Positions 27,101-36,840 are shown, counted from the stretch's first letter. The stretch is DNA of 64,000 nt from an uncultured Actinomycetes bacterium (GCA_963738205.1 CAVTVQ010000008.1:24784-88783), one strand, 5' to 3'. Program-made: numbers and translations. The notes: a model not told the origin generated them from the letters alone.

Positions 27101-28459
27101 CTAGGCGGCGGCGAGGTCGGCGAACTTCGCGTAGCGCTTGAGAAACGAGAGCTTCTCGCTGCCCGTCGGGCCGTTGCGGTGCTTCGCGAGGATCACCTCG
27201 GCGAGGCCCTGGTCGGGCGAGTCGTCCGTGTAGTACTCGTCGCGGTAGATGAAGGCGACGAGGTCGGCGTCCTGCTCGATCGAGCCGGATTCGCGCAGGT
27301 CGGAGAGGATCGGGCGCTTGTCGTGCCGCTGCTCGACGGCGCGGGACAACTGGCTCATGGCGAGGATCGGAACGTCGAGGTCGCGCGCCAGCACCTTGAG
27401 GTTCCGCGAGATCTGCGACACCTCCTGCACGCGGCTCTCGACGTTCGAGCCGGAGGTCATGAGCTGCAGGTAGTCGACGATGACCAGGCCGAGCGTCGGC
27501 TCCTTGGACTTGAGCCGCCGCGCCTTCGAGCGGATCTCCATCATCGTGATCGAGCCGGTGTCGTCGATGTAGATCGGCGCCTTCGCGAGCTTGTCGCAGG
27601 CGGCGGTGAGGCGGGGCCAGTCATCCGGCGCGAGCTTGCCCGAGCGCAGGCGCTGCGACTCGACCTTGGCCTCGCTGCACATCAGCCGCTGCGTCACCTC
27701 GGCCTTCGACATCTCCAGCGTGAAGAGCGCCACCGGGATCTGGTGCCGGATCGCGATGTTCGAGGCGACGCAGAGGCCGAACGCCGACTTCCCCATGCTC
27801 GGGCGGGCGGCGACGATGACCAGGTTGCCCGGCTGGAACCCCGAAGTGAGGCGGTCGATGTCGCGAAAGCCGGACGGGACGCCGGTGATCTCCTCGCCCG
27901 CCTCGTACAGGGCGGTAATGCGCTCGAAGCTCTCCTTCAGCAGCAGCTCGATGTGCGAGAACTCGGTGGAGACCCGGCTCTGCGAGAGCTCGAACACGAT
28001 CTGCTCGGCGCGGTCGACCAGATCCGGTGCCTCGCCCGGCCGCTCCCAGCCGAGCCGCGAGACCTCGCCGCCGGCGGTGATGAGCCCGCGCAAGGTGGCC
28101 ATCTCGCGGACGATGCGGGCATAGTGGCCGGCGTTGGCGCTGGCGGGCACGAGCGCGGCGAGCTCGTGGACGCGGGACCGGCCGCCCACGTCCTCGAGCT
28201 CACCACGCTGCTCGAGCTCGTCGACGAGTGTGATTGCGTCGACGGGCTCGCCCCGGGCATACAGTGCGAGCGCAGCCCGGTAGATCTTGCTGTGGCTTTC
28301 CCGGTAGAAGTCGCTGGCGTCGAGGATCTCGCTGACCGCCCCGATCGCGCCGGGGGAGAGCATCATCGCCCCGAGAACCGACTCTTCGGCATCGAGGTTC
28401 TGCGGGGGGACCGGGGCGGTCTGCGAAACCTGGGCGACTTGTGCCACGTCGGGATTCAA
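27101..28459 (-). CDS. dnaB: replicative DNA helicase DnaB
   Basis: 452 aa: PPQNLDAEESVLGAMML, Walker A AARPSMGKSAF, IVDYLQLM, SQLSRAVEQR. Confidence 0.95.
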   Translation of the reverse strand: MNPDVAQVAQVSQTAPVPPQNLDAEESVLGAMMLSPGAIGAVSEILDASDFYRESHSKIYRAALALYARGEPVDAITLVDELEQRGELEDVGGRSRVHELAALVPASANAGHYARIVREMATLRGLITAGGEVSRLGWERPGEAPDLVDRAEQIVFELSQSRVSTEFSHIELLLKESFERITALYEAGEEITGVPSGFRDIDRLTSGFQPGNLVIVAARPSMGKSAFGLCVASNIAIRHQIPVALFTLEMSKAEVTQRLMCSEAKVESQRLRSGKLAPDDWPRLTAACDKLAKAPIYIDDTGSITMMEIRSKARRLKSKEPTLGLVIVDYLQLMTSGSNVESRVQEVSQISRNLKVLARDLDVPILAMSQLSRAVEQRHDKRPILSDLRESGSIEQDADLVAFIYRDEYYTDDSPDQGLAEVILAKHRNGPTGSEKLSFLKRYAKFADLAAA

Positions 28460-28700
28460 GAGGTCTGAAACGGCCGTCGCAAGGGGTGGAAACGCCCATC
28501 GGCAGCAGCCCCGCTCGCGGGTGCAAATGTCGTCGTGTGCAGGGATTCGGAACGCATGTTCGTCCCAATTGTCCCCAGCGGGCCGGACGTCATCCCCAGG
28601 AACGCGAACAGGTGGGGATCACGAACTCTCTGCTACGAGCGGGATCTTTGGCTCGTCGTCCACAGAGCGGTGGATCCGCCTGTGGAGCGATTGTGACGGT

Positions 28701-29429
28701 TCAGGCGCGTTCGGCTTGTTCGGCTTCGGCGTCGTCGACGCCCACGGCCTCATCCACCGCGCGGTCGAACGCGTCGTCGGGCACCTGCTCGGCCTGGGCC
28801 TCGGGGGACGCCTCCGTCTCGTCTGCTTCCGTCTCGGCCTCCTCGGCGGCGACGAGCTCCTCGACGGCTGCCTCGAGCGGGTCGACGACCTCGCCCTGGG
28901 CGTCCTGCTCGGCCGCGGCGGCCGCCTCGGCCTCCTCGGCAGCGACCATCGCCTCGAGCTCCTCCTCCGGCGGCAGCTCGCCGCCCTCGGGCACGACCAG
29001 CGTCTTGACCTCGACCTCGACGCCCTCGAACACCGTGATCGGCACCGAGTAGCGGCCGATCCGCTTGATCGGCTCGTCGAGCCCGATCTTCCGGCGGTCG
29101 ACGCGGATCTTCCGCGTCCGCCAGATCTCGTCGGCGATGTCCGTGGGCGTGACCGATCCGAAGAGCGAGCCGGTCGGCCCGGACTTGACGTCGAAGCTCA
29201 GCACCGTCTTGCCCAGCACCTCGGAGATCTCGGCCGCCTGCTCGGAGCTGCGTGCCTCCTGCCGGCCGCGCAGCTCGTCCCGCTTGCGCAGCTCGGCCAC
29301 GCGACCGGGAGTCGCCTCCTGGGCCAGGCGGCGGGGTAGCAGGAAGTTGCGGGCGTAGCCGCGGGCAACGTCGACGACCTCGCCGCGCAGGCCGACCTTC
29401 TCGACGTCGCTCAGGAGGATGACTTGCAT
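28701..29429 (-). CDS. rplI: 50S ribosomal protein L9 with a ~95-aa acidic C-terminal extension
   Basis: [32 protein letters not shown]... is a canonical L9 of about 148 aa. It is followed by an E/A/D-rich tail (EELEAMVAAEEAEAAAAAEQDAQGE...DDAEAEQAERA). The ATG overlaps the rpsR stop by 1 nt. Confidence 0.9.
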   Translation of the reverse strand: MQVILLSDVEKVGLRGEVVDVARGYARNFLLPRRLAQEATPGRVAELRKRDELRGRQEARSSEQAAEISEVLGKTVLSFDVKSGPTGSLFGSVTPTDIADEIWRTRKIRVDRRKIGLDEPIKRIGRYSVPITVFEGVEVEVKTLVVPEGGELPPEEELEAMVAAEEAEAAAAAEQDAQGEVVDPLEAAVEELVAAEEAETEADETEASPEAQAEQVPDDAFDRAVDEAVGVDDAEAEQAERA

Positions 29430-29698
29430 CAGTTGGTGACGTAGGGCAGCAGCGCCATCTCGCGCGCCCGCTTGACCGCGACCGAGACCTGACTCTGGTG
29501 GCGCCTGCAGGTGCCGGTGATCCGCCGTGAGCGGATCTTGCCCTTCTCCGAGACGTAGCGCCGCAGCTGGTTGTAGTTCTTGTAGTCGACCTCGTCGATC
29601 TTCTCGCGGCAGAAGTAGCAGTTCTTCCGGCGCGGGCCGCCGGGCCCGCCCATCGGCGGCTTGCGGCGCTTGCTGTCGCGTTCTCTTGGTGGTGCCAT
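29429..29698 (-). CDS. rpsR: 30S ribosomal protein S18
   Basis: 89 aa: [42 protein letters not shown]. Confidence 0.95.
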   Translation of the reverse strand: MAPPRERDSKRRKPPMGGPGGPRRKNCYFCREKIDEVDYKNYNQLRRYVSEKGKIRSRRITGTCRRHQSQVSVAVKRAREMALLPYVTN

Positions 29699-29706
29699 CG
29701 ATCTCC

Positions 29707-30141
29707 TTAGAAGGGGATGTCGTCGTCGGCGCCCTGGCCGAAGTCGGCGCCCGCACCGGCGCCGGCGTTGGCCGGCACGAACTGGCGCTCGCCGCCGCCT
29801 TCGCCACCGTCACGGCTGCCGAGGAACTGCACGGTGTCGGCGATGATCTCGACCGCCTGGCGCTTGGAGCCGTCCTGGGCCTCCCACTCGCGCCAGTCCA
29901 GCCGCCCGTCGATGCCGACCGGTCGACCCTTGGAGAGGAACTGCGAGCAGCTCTCGGCCTGGTTGCCCCAGACGGTGACGTCGAAGTAGTTCGGCTTGTC
30001 GCCCCAGTTGCCCTGGGCGTCCTTCGTGCGGCTGTTCACCGCGATGCGCAGCTTGCAGACGGACGTCCCGCTCGGCGTGTTCCGCAGCTCGGGATCGCGG
30101 GTCAGGTTGCCGACGAGGACAACGCGATTGATGTTCGCCAT
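29707..30141 (-). CDS. ssb: single-stranded DNA-binding protein
   Basis: 144 aa: [20 protein letters not shown]..., a Gly-rich linker, and the acidic tip DDDIPF. Confidence 0.95.
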   Translation of the reverse strand: MANINRVVLVGNLTRDPELRNTPSGTSVCKLRIAVNSRTKDAQGNWGDKPNYFDVTVWGNQAESCSQFLSKGRPVGIDGRLDWREWEAQDGSKRQAVEIIADTVQFLGSRDGGEGGGERQFVPANAGAGAGADFGQGADDDIPF

Positions 30142-30144
30142 TGG

Positions 30145-30516
30145 TTACTCCTCCTCCGAGGCGACGCTTACGGGTTCGCCGACATCCTGACGGCGCGGCT
30201 CGGACGGCGCTATTGGCCCGGACTGCCCTGTCTGCGGGCGGCGCACGGCCATGTGGCGCATGACGCCGTCGGTGATGCGCAGGATCCGCGAGACCTCGGC
30301 GAGCGCCTCGGGCTCCGCCGAGAAGGTCAGCAGGTGGTAGGTGCCGTCGGGCTTGTGGTCGATCTCGTACGCGAGCTTGCGCCGGCCCCACACGTCGTGG
30401 CCGTCCCAGGTGCCGCCGCCCTTCTCGATCAGCTCGCGCGTGCGCGTGACGATCTCGGACTGGCGCTCCTCTGGGAGCTCCGGGTCGAGCATGAGCAGGA
30501 TTTCGTAGGCGATCAC
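30145..30516 (-). CDS. rpsF: 30S ribosomal protein S6
   Basis: 123 aa from the GTG at 30516, preceded by GGAAGGAG. It reads VIAYEILLMLDPELPEE...WGRRKLAYEI. The long upstream extension of the ORF is rejected. Confidence 0.9.
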   Translation of the reverse strand: MIAYEILLMLDPELPEERQSEIVTRTRELIEKGGGTWDGHDVWGRRKLAYEIDHKPDGTYHLLTFSAEPEALAEVSRILRITDGVMRHMAVRRPQTGQSGPIAPSEPRRQDVGEPVSVASEEE

Positions 30517-30627
30517 AGGTCCGAGAGGCTCCTTCCTTCGGTCTGAGTCGGCCTCACCGGTGGTGCCGCCGCTCGGGTCGGCGGTGCGGGCGAGGCAGGA
30601 AGAGCGGGCAGTGTAGCATCGGCCGCC

Positions 30628-30954
30628 ATGCTCAAAGCACTCGCTCTTCTGGCTGGCGGAGTCGCTCTGGGAGCCGGTCTGGCCCGTGCGCTGCGCCGTC
30701 CGCCGCGGCCTGCGCAGGAGCTCGACACTGGCCCCGACCCGCGGGCGAACGAGCTGCGCGACAAGCTCGCCGAGGCCCGCGAGGTCGCCGACGAGCGCGA
30801 CGAGGCCGAGGAGGCGGAGACGCCGGTCGACGAGGCCGAGGTGACCGGCGCGGACCTCGAGGAACGTCGCCGCAAGGTGCACGCGCACGGGCATGCGGTG
30901 GCCGGCGAGATGCGCCGGCGCTCGAGCACGAAGCGCGCTAAGCCGGAGGAGTGA
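30628..30954 (+). CDS. hypothetical protein with N-terminal TM helix and acidic/basic tail
   Basis: 108 aa: MLKALALLAGGVALGAGLARAL..., with good GC3. It is divergent from rpsF and overlaps the 3' end of the amidase gene by 17 nt. I recognise no family. Confidence 0.45.
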   Translation: MLKALALLAGGVALGAGLARALRRPPRPAQELDTGPDPRANELRDKLAEAREVADERDEAEEAETPVDEAEVTGADLEERRRKVHAHGHAVAGEMRRRSSTKRAKPEE

Positions 30955-31576
30955 AGGCGGCCACGCCCGCCGCCAGCCCGCGCGCGACGCGGGCCTGGTA
31001 GGGCGCACTCTGGAGCAGCCGGCGCTCGGTCGGGTTGGTCATGAACCCGGTCTCGACCAGCACGACGGGCACGTCGGCCCAGTTGAAGCCGGTCAGGTCG
31101 GAGCGGCGGGCTACGCCCAGGTCGGGCGCGCCCGTGCCGATGACGAGCGTGCGCTGGATCGCGCGCGCGGCGCGCAGGCTCGGCCCGTAGACGTCGCTCG
31201 TCCAGCCTCGGTGGAACGCGGGGTAGAGCGTCGAGATGCCACGGCTCGAGGCGCTCGCCGAGCCGTCGGCGTGGATCCGCAGCATCAGCGCCGAGCCGCG
31301 CGCGTTGCAGAAGCGCGCCCGGTCGATATTGCCGCCGCGGTACGTCGTGCCCGTCCGGGTCATGGCCACTCGGTAGCCGCGCCGCAGCAGCTCCGCACGC
31401 GTGCGCCTGGCGATCGCCAGCGCGACCGCTGCCTCACCGGACGCACCGCCGCCGTCCTTGATCTTCGTCACGCGCGAGCCGGGCCCGATCGGCTCTCGCT
31501 GGGCGCCGATGGCGGGCGGCGTCCCGTGGCCCGGATCGAGGCAGATCAGTGCGGCCGTCAGCGCCTCTGCGAGCAC
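30938..31576 (-). CDS. N-acetylmuramoyl-L-alanine amidase (Amidase_3 family)
   Basis: 212 aa: ICLDPGHG...ALMLRIHADG...VLVETGFMTNPTE are typical Amidase_3 zinc-ligand and catalytic segments. No signal peptide is visible. Confidence 0.85.
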   Translation of the reverse strand: MLAEALTAALICLDPGHGTPPAIGAQREPIGPGSRVTKIKDGGGASGEAAVALAIARRTRAELLRRGYRVAMTRTGTTYRGGNIDRARFCNARGSALMLRIHADGSASASSRGISTLYPAFHRGWTSDVYGPSLRAARAIQRTLVIGTGAPDLGVARRSDLTGFNWADVPVVLVETGFMTNPTERRLLQSAPYQARVARGLAAGVAAFTPPA

Positions 31577-31595
31577 CGCGCGAGGGTAGCGGCGC

Positions 31596-32009
31596 TCAGC
31601 GCGAGAAGTAGCGCTTCGCCGAGTCCGTCAGGTATAGGAGGGCGAAGGTGGCGGCCGCCAGCGCCGCCATCAGCAGGCAGGCGATCAGGGAGGCGTTGGG
31701 CCCGGCGAAGGCGTAGACGACGCCGGCGACGGCAGTGACGGCCGAGCCGAGTCCGATGAACGCGCGGCCGATCGAGCTGCCGCGACTCGTCGCGTAGGCG
31801 GCGCCGGCGACGATCAGGCCGAGGAGGAAGGCGCCGACTCCGACGGAGTCGTCGAGCGCGTTCGAGATGAGGAAGCCGATCAGGCCGAAGAAGAGCAGCG
31901 CCAAGGCGAGCCCGTAGGCGGCGTAGACGGCCAGCTGGACCGGCGCCGGGAGGGAATCCTCCTCGAACGCCTTCATCTCTGTCCCGCCGAGCTCGCTCAT
32001 CGACGCCAA
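31596..32009 (-). CDS. hypothetical membrane protein (4 TM)
   Basis: 137 aa with four hydrophobic spans (LAVYAAYGLALALLFFGLIGFLI, GAFLLGLIVAGAAYA, ...) and high GC3. The start is uncertain. Confidence 0.6.
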   Translation of the reverse strand: MASMSELGGTEMKAFEEDSLPAPVQLAVYAAYGLALALLFFGLIGFLISNALDDSVGVGAFLLGLIVAGAAYATSRGSSIGRAFIGLGSAVTAVAGVVYAFAGPNASLIACLLMAALAAATFALLYLTDSAKRYFSR

Positions 32010-32062
32010 GAGTACGGGCGCGGTCCGCAGAAATCCACCGGGACGGCGTTAGCATCGGTCGC

Positions 32063-32482
32063 ATGCTCGACCGATTGAGACGACGAGGTGAGCCACGTCC
32101 GCGCGTGGCGCGGGTGCTGGTCGCGACCGACCGCTCCGACACCGCGCACCGCGCCGTCGAGTGGGCGGCGGAGATGGCCGAGCGCTACGAGGCGGAGCTC
32201 GTCGTCCTGCGGGTGACGCTCGACGGCGACACCGAGGAGCTGGAGCGCGACCTCGCCGGCTACGTCGAGGGATTCGGCGAACGCGCGCGTCCGGTCGTGC
32301 GGCGCGGCGAGGACCCGGCCCTGGCCATCGTGGACGCTGCCCGCGACGAGGAGGCCGACGTGCTCGTCGTCGGCAGCGTCGGCATGCAAGGCCGCAAGGA
32401 GTTCCTGCTCGGCAACGTTCCGAATCGCGTCTCGCACAACGCGCCCTGCACCGTCGTCATCGTCAACACGACGGTCGAGTGA
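32063..32482 (+). CDS. universal stress protein (UspA family)
   Basis: 139 aa: VLVATDRSDTAHRAVEWAAEMA...ADVLVVGSVGMQGRKEFLLGNVPNRVSHNAPCTVVIV. Confidence 0.85.
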   Translation: MLDRLRRRGEPRPRVARVLVATDRSDTAHRAVEWAAEMAERYEAELVVLRVTLDGDTEELERDLAGYVEGFGERARPVVRRGEDPALAIVDAARDEEADVLVVGSVGMQGRKEFLLGNVPNRVSHNAPCTVVIVNTTVE

Positions 32483-34050
32483 GCGTCGAGCCCGAAGTCG
32501 AAGGCACGCTCCTCGGGCGCGCAGCGCACATCGCCTCAGTGCTGACGCGCAGCATGCGTGCGGGCGGCTCGACCCGTGACCGGGCGCGCGCGTTCCGCGA
32601 GGGGCTCGAGGAGCTCGGCCCGACCTTCGCCAAGCTCGGCCAGATGCTGTCGACGCGCCCCGACCTGCTCCCGCCCGAGTTCGTCGAGGAGCTGGAGTCG
32701 CTCCAGGACCAGGTGCCGCCGATGAGCGAGGCCGAGGTGGTCGCCGTGATGGAGGAGGAGCTCGGCGTCCCGTGGGAGGACGTCTTCGAGAGCGTCGACC
32801 CAGGGCCGCTCGCTGCGGGGACGATCGGCCAGGTGCACAAGGCGCGCCTGGAGACGGGCGAGGACGTGGTCGTGAAGGTGCAGCGGCCGACCGCCCGCGA
32901 GGAGATCCTGCGCGACCTCGGGCTGCTGTCGCTCTTCGCGGAGAAGACGCGGAGCCGGCCGGTCTTCCGCCAGCTCGTCGACGTGTCCACGGTGACCGAG
33001 CATCTGTCCGAGTCGCTGCGGCGTGAGCTCGACTTCACGCAGGAGGCGGCCAACATCGAGCGGCTGCGTGAGGTGCTCGAGCCGTTCTCGCGGCTGCACG
33101 TGCCGCTGGTGCACGAGGCGTACACGTCGCGCCGCTTGCTGGTGCTGGAGTGGATCGACGGCGTCCCGATCACGCAGGCGCCGGTCGGCGAGGCGCGCAC
33201 CGAGGCCGCCCGCCAGCTCGTCGAGAGCTACTTCCGTCAGATCCTCACCGAGGGCTTCTTCCACGCCGACCCGCACCCGGGGAACCTGCTCTGGGCCAAC
33301 GAGTCCGTCTACTTCCTCGACCTCGGGATGGTCGGCGAGGTGCCGCCCCAGACTCGGGAGCTGGTGCTCCTGCTGCTGATGGCGTTCTGGCAGGAGGACG
33401 CCGGCTTCCTCACCGAGGTCGTGCTGCAGCTCGGCGGCGACGACCAGCGCGCCGACATCGACCTCGCCGGCCTGCGAGACGATCTGAACGCGCTGCTCGG
33501 CACGTACCGGCACGCCTCGCTGCAGGAGCTGGAGCTGGGTCCGATCCTGCAGTCGATCACCGAGACGTCGACGCGGCACGGTGTCCGTCTGCCTGCCTCG
33601 CTCGCCCTCACTGGCAAGGCGCTCGCGCAGATGCAGAACGCCGCCACCGTGCTCGACCCCACGCTCGACCCGTTCGCCGCAGTCGGCAGCTTCGTCTTGC
33701 GCGACCTGTTGACGAGGCTGCGCGGCTCGGCCGACCCCAAGCGGCTGTTCTACGAGGGGCAGAAGCTGCGTGTGCGCGCGATCCGGCTCGTCGAGGCCTT
33801 CGAGCGGGTCACGGGCGCCCGTCCCGGCCAGAAGCTCCAGGTCCAGTTCCGCGGCACCGAGCTCGAGGACGTCATCCGCAGCGCGGCCCGGCGGCTCTCG
33901 CTCGGCCTGACTGGGGCAGCAGCGATTCTCGGCTCGGCCATCACCGCCGGGGTCGAGACCGTCGACGCATGGGTGCCGCTCGCATTCGGCGCCGCGGGCG
34001 CCTTCCTGACCGGGATGCTCTTGCTCGACGTGCTTCGCCGCGAGCGCTAG
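32479..34050 (+). CDS. ABC1/UbiB-family atypical kinase with C-terminal TM segments
   Basis: The GTG at 32479 overlaps the usp stop (GTGA). Motifs: LGPTFAKLGQMLSTRPDLLP, AAGTIGQVHKA, FFHADPHPGNLL. The C-terminus is hydrophobic. Confidence 0.85.
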   Translation: MSVEPEVEGTLLGRAAHIASVLTRSMRAGGSTRDRARAFREGLEELGPTFAKLGQMLSTRPDLLPPEFVEELESLQDQVPPMSEAEVVAVMEEELGVPWEDVFESVDPGPLAAGTIGQVHKARLETGEDVVVKVQRPTAREEILRDLGLLSLFAEKTRSRPVFRQLVDVSTVTEHLSESLRRELDFTQEAANIERLREVLEPFSRLHVPLVHEAYTSRRLLVLEWIDGVPITQAPVGEARTEAARQLVESYFRQILTEGFFHADPHPGNLLWANESVYFLDLGMVGEVPPQTRELVLLLLMAFWQEDAGFLTEVVLQLGGDDQRADIDLAGLRDDLNALLGTYRHASLQELELGPILQSITETSTRHGVRLPASLALTGKALAQMQNAATVLDPTLDPFAAVGSFVLRDLLTRLRGSADPKRLFYEGQKLRVRAIRLVEAFERVTGARPGQKLQVQFRGTELEDVIRSAARRLSLGLTGAAAILGSAITAGVETVDAWVPLAFGAAGAFLTGMLLLDVLRRER

Positions 34051-34191
34051 CGCCGGCGCCGGACCTGCTTCAGCAGGCGGCGCTCCGCGACGAAGGCGGC
34101 CATCGACATCAGCGGCCCCAGGAGGGCCCGCTCCAGCCGAGGGGGGATGCGACGCTTCTTGGCCACCGGAGACGAGCCTACAATCGCCGTG

Positions 34192-36690
34192 ATGGCCGAG
34201 GCCGGGCGCTCGGAGAACGCGACCTTCCTGTTCACCGACATCGAAGGCTCCACGCGCTTGCTCGACCGACTCGGCGAGCGCTACGACGACGTCTTCGCGG
34301 TGCACCGCGCCATGCTCCGGGACGCGTTCGCGGGCGAGGCCGGGCGCGAGATCGGAACGTCCGGTGACAGCTTCTTCGTCGTCTTCGAGCAACCGGCCGG
34401 CGCCGTCGCGGCCGCCGCCACCGCTCAGCGTGCGCTGAGCGCGTACGAGTGGCCGGAAGGGGGCGAGGTGCGCGTCCGCATCGGCATCCACAGCGGCGAG
34501 GCCCGCCGGTCGGGCGAGGGCTACGTCGGCCTCGACGTGCACCGCGCCGCCCGCATCTGCGACGCGGCGCACGGCGGCCAGATCCTGCTCTCGCGGACGA
34601 CCCGCGCGCTGGTACCGCAGACGCACGTCCGCGACCTCGGCGAGCACCGGCTCAAGGACCTGCCGGAGCCGCAGCCGCTCTACCAGCTCGTTGTCGAAGG
34701 CGTGCCGACCGAGTTCCCCCCGCCGCGCTCGCTGCAGGGCGCCGGCCTGGCACTGCCGGCGCCGCCGACGCCGATCGTCGGCCGTGAGCGCGAGGTCGCC
34801 GAGCTCTGCGAGCTGCTCGCCCAGGAGGACCTGCGCGCGCTCACGATCACGGGGCCGGGCGGCGCGGGTAAGACGCGGCTCGCGCTCGAAGTGGCGGCGC
34901 AGCCGTCGCTCGACTTCCCGGACGGCATCGTCTTCGTCGAGCTCGCTGCCGTCTCCGAGCCGCCGCTCGCGCTCACCGCGATCGCGCACGCCGTCGGCGT
35001 GGAGGAGAGCGCGGGCTCGCTCGAGGCCGCGCTCGAGCGCTTCCTCGTCCGCCGCAGGGCCCTGCTCGTGCTCGACAACCTCGAACAGGTGCTCGGCGCG
35101 TCACCGCTCGTCGCCCGGCTGCTGGCGGCGGCCCCGCGGCTCAAGGTGCTCGCGACCAGCCGGATCCCCTTGCGGATCCGGGGTGAGCGCGAGTTCCCGC
35201 TCGGCGGCCTCTCGACCGCTGATGCCGTGGCTCTCTTCGCCGAGCGCGCCACGGCGGTGCGGCCGGAGTTCTCCGCCGACGCTGTCGTGGCCGAGCTGTG
35301 CGCGGCGCTGGACGGGCTGCCGCTCGCGCTCGAGCTGGCGGCCGCGCGCGTGCGCGCGCTCGCACCCGAGCAGCTGCTGGGGCGGCTCTCGGATCGGCTC
35401 GGCCTGCTGGCCGGCGGTGCGCGCGACCTTCCGGAACGGCACCGCACGCTCCGGGCTGCGGTGGATTGGAGCCACGAGCTGCTCGGCCCGGCCGAGCAAG
35501 AAGCCCTCGCGCGTCTCGGCGTCTTCTCCGGCGGCTTCACGCTGACCGCGGCGGACGCCGTCTGCGGCGTGGACGTCTTCGCGCTCGAGACGCTGACCGA
35601 GCACAGCCTGCTCCGCCACGACGGCGAGCGCTTCCACATGCTCGAGACGATCCGCGCGTACGCGCTCGAGCGGCTCGAGGAGCGTGCCGAGGGCGAGGAG
35701 GTGCGCCGCCGCCATGCGGAGCACTTCGCCGAGTTCGCCGAGGGCGCGGAGATGAAGGTGCTCCGCGGCGAGGAGCAGGCGGATTGGATCGCGCGCGTGG
35801 AGGCCGAGCACGACAACTTGCGTGCGGCCTTGGCCTGGACTCACGACACCGAGGACGCCGAGCTCGAGCTCCGTCTGGCGGGCGCGCTGCGGGGCTTCTG
35901 GTACGTCCGCAGCTATCTCGGCGAAGGGCGGCGCTGGTATGCCCAGGCGCTCGCAGCCAACGGTGCGCAGCCGCCGGCGCTGCGGGCGAAAGCGCTGCGC
36001 GGTGCGATGAGCCTCGCCCACCGCCAGGGCCGCTTCGAGGACGCTCAGCGCTACGCCGACGAGTCACTAGAGCTGTACCGGTCGATCGACGACGACGAGG
36101 GCGTGCAGACGGCGCTCAACAACCTGGCGGCGATCGCCGTGGCACGTGGCGAGCCGGGTCGCGCCCGCGTCATGTTCGAGGAGAGCGTCGAGCACGCGGC
36201 GAGGCGCGGCGACCGCTGGGGCGAAGCGCTGACCGGCTCGAACCTCGGCTATCTGGCGCTGACGCTGGACGACCTCGAGGGCGGCGAGCGCTACCTGCGC
36301 GCCAGCCTCGACCTGCTGCGCGAGCTCGGGGCGAGCGAGGAGACGGCAATTCCGGTCCAGAACCTCGGCTTCGCTGCGTTGCGCCGCAACGACCTCGTCG
36401 AGGCCAGGGCGCTGTTCGAGGAGAGCCGCGGGCTGTCCGAGGCGGTCGGCTGGCAGGAGGGCGTCAACTACGCGCTCGTCGGCCTCGCCGCCGTGCTCGT
36501 CGGCGAGGGACGGGCCGCCGAAGCGGCGGAAGCGCTGGGCGCCGCCGAGCGAGTGCGCCGCGAAACCGGCGTCTCACTCGAGCCGCTCGAGCGCAGCGTG
36601 CATGACGACACGGTCGCAGCCGTTCGCGCCGCGCTCGGCGAGGAGGCGTACGCCGAGGCACGGGAGCGCGGCCTCGCCGCGGAGCTCTAG
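34192..36690 (+). CDS. class-III adenylate/guanylate cyclase domain fused to a P-loop STAND ATPase and TPR repeats
   Basis: The cyclase domain reads ATFLFTDIEGSTRLL...GDSFFVVF...RIGIHSGEA. The P-loop is ITGPGGAGKTRLALEVA. The C-terminal ~300 aa are TPR-like repeats (ALNNLAAIAVARGE, GSNLGYLALTLDD...). Start ATG 34192 is preferred; 34147 is possible. Confidence 0.85.
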   Translation: MAEAGRSENATFLFTDIEGSTRLLDRLGERYDDVFAVHRAMLRDAFAGEAGREIGTSGDSFFVVFEQPAGAVAAAATAQRALSAYEWPEGGEVRVRIGIHSGEARRSGEGYVGLDVHRAARICDAAHGGQILLSRTTRALVPQTHVRDLGEHRLKDLPEPQPLYQLVVEGVPTEFPPPRSLQGAGLALPAPPTPIVGREREVAELCELLAQEDLRALTITGPGGAGKTRLALEVAAQPSLDFPDGIVFVELAAVSEPPLALTAIAHAVGVEESAGSLEAALERFLVRRRALLVLDNLEQVLGASPLVARLLAAAPRLKVLATSRIPLRIRGEREFPLGGLSTADAVALFAERATAVRPEFSADAVVAELCAALDGLPLALELAAARVRALAPEQLLGRLSDRLGLLAGGARDLPERHRTLRAAVDWSHELLGPAEQEALARLGVFSGGFTLTAADAVCGVDVFALETLTEHSLLRHDGERFHMLETIRAYALERLEERAEGEEVRRRHAEHFAEFAEGAEMKVLRGEEQADWIARVEAEHDNLRAALAWTHDTEDAELELRLAGALRGFWYVRSYLGEGRRWYAQALAANGAQPPALRAKALRGAMSLAHRQGRFEDAQRYADESLELYRSIDDDEGVQTALNNLAAIAVARGEPGRARVMFEESVEHAARRGDRWGEALTGSNLGYLALTLDDLEGGERYLRASLDLLRELGASEETAIPVQNLGFAALRRNDLVEARALFEESRGLSEAVGWQEGVNYALVGLAAVLVGEGRAAEAAEALGAAERVRRETGVSLEPLERSVHDDTVAAVRAALGEEAYAEARERGLAAEL

Positions 36691-36748
36691 CGGCAGAGGT
36701 CGCTGCGGCCGACTGCCACAGGGTCGCGCGCGTTCTTCCCTTTTGCGA

Positions 36749-36840
36749 CGGAGCGGCGCAGGAGTCGAACCTACCCAGCCGTGGGTTACACGACCTCACG
36801 CGTTTTGAAGACGCGCTGGGCCACCGGGCCCGGCCGCTCC
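36749..36840 (-). tRNA. selC: tRNA-Sec (anticodon UCA)
   Basis: 92 nt: GGAGCGGC-CG-...-GCGCGU CUUCAAA ACGCGU-... It folds with an 8-bp acceptor stem, a 6-bp anticodon stem with loop CUUCAAA (UCA), a 6-bp extra arm (GUCGUG/CACGGC), a 5-bp T stem with loop UUCGACU, and discriminator G. This is the bacterial 8/5 Sec fold. CCA is not encoded. selB and selA lie adjacent. Confidence 0.9.

Noticed and set aside
28460-28700. Relatively GC-poor 240-nt spacer upstream of dnaB with TCGTCCACA and GGATCCACC strings and two hairpins, considered as DnaA boxes or oriC
   Set aside because: Only one sequence lies within one mismatch of the actinobacterial DnaA box TTGTCCACA. There is no cluster of boxes, no AT-rich unwinding element and no dnaA or dnaN nearby. 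The region more likely holds the rplI terminator and the dnaB promoter or leader.
34047-34253. A 68-aa minus-strand ORF between the UbiB-type kinase and the cyclase gene
   Set aside because: It overlaps the 5' end of the cyclase gene and has no motifs or SD. It is most likely a shadow ORF.
32536-34989. An 817-aa minus-strand ORF
   Set aside because: It is antisense to the UbiB-type kinase and the cyclase gene. It shows no recognisable motifs and has the extreme Arg/Glu/Leu composition of a GC-rich shadow frame.
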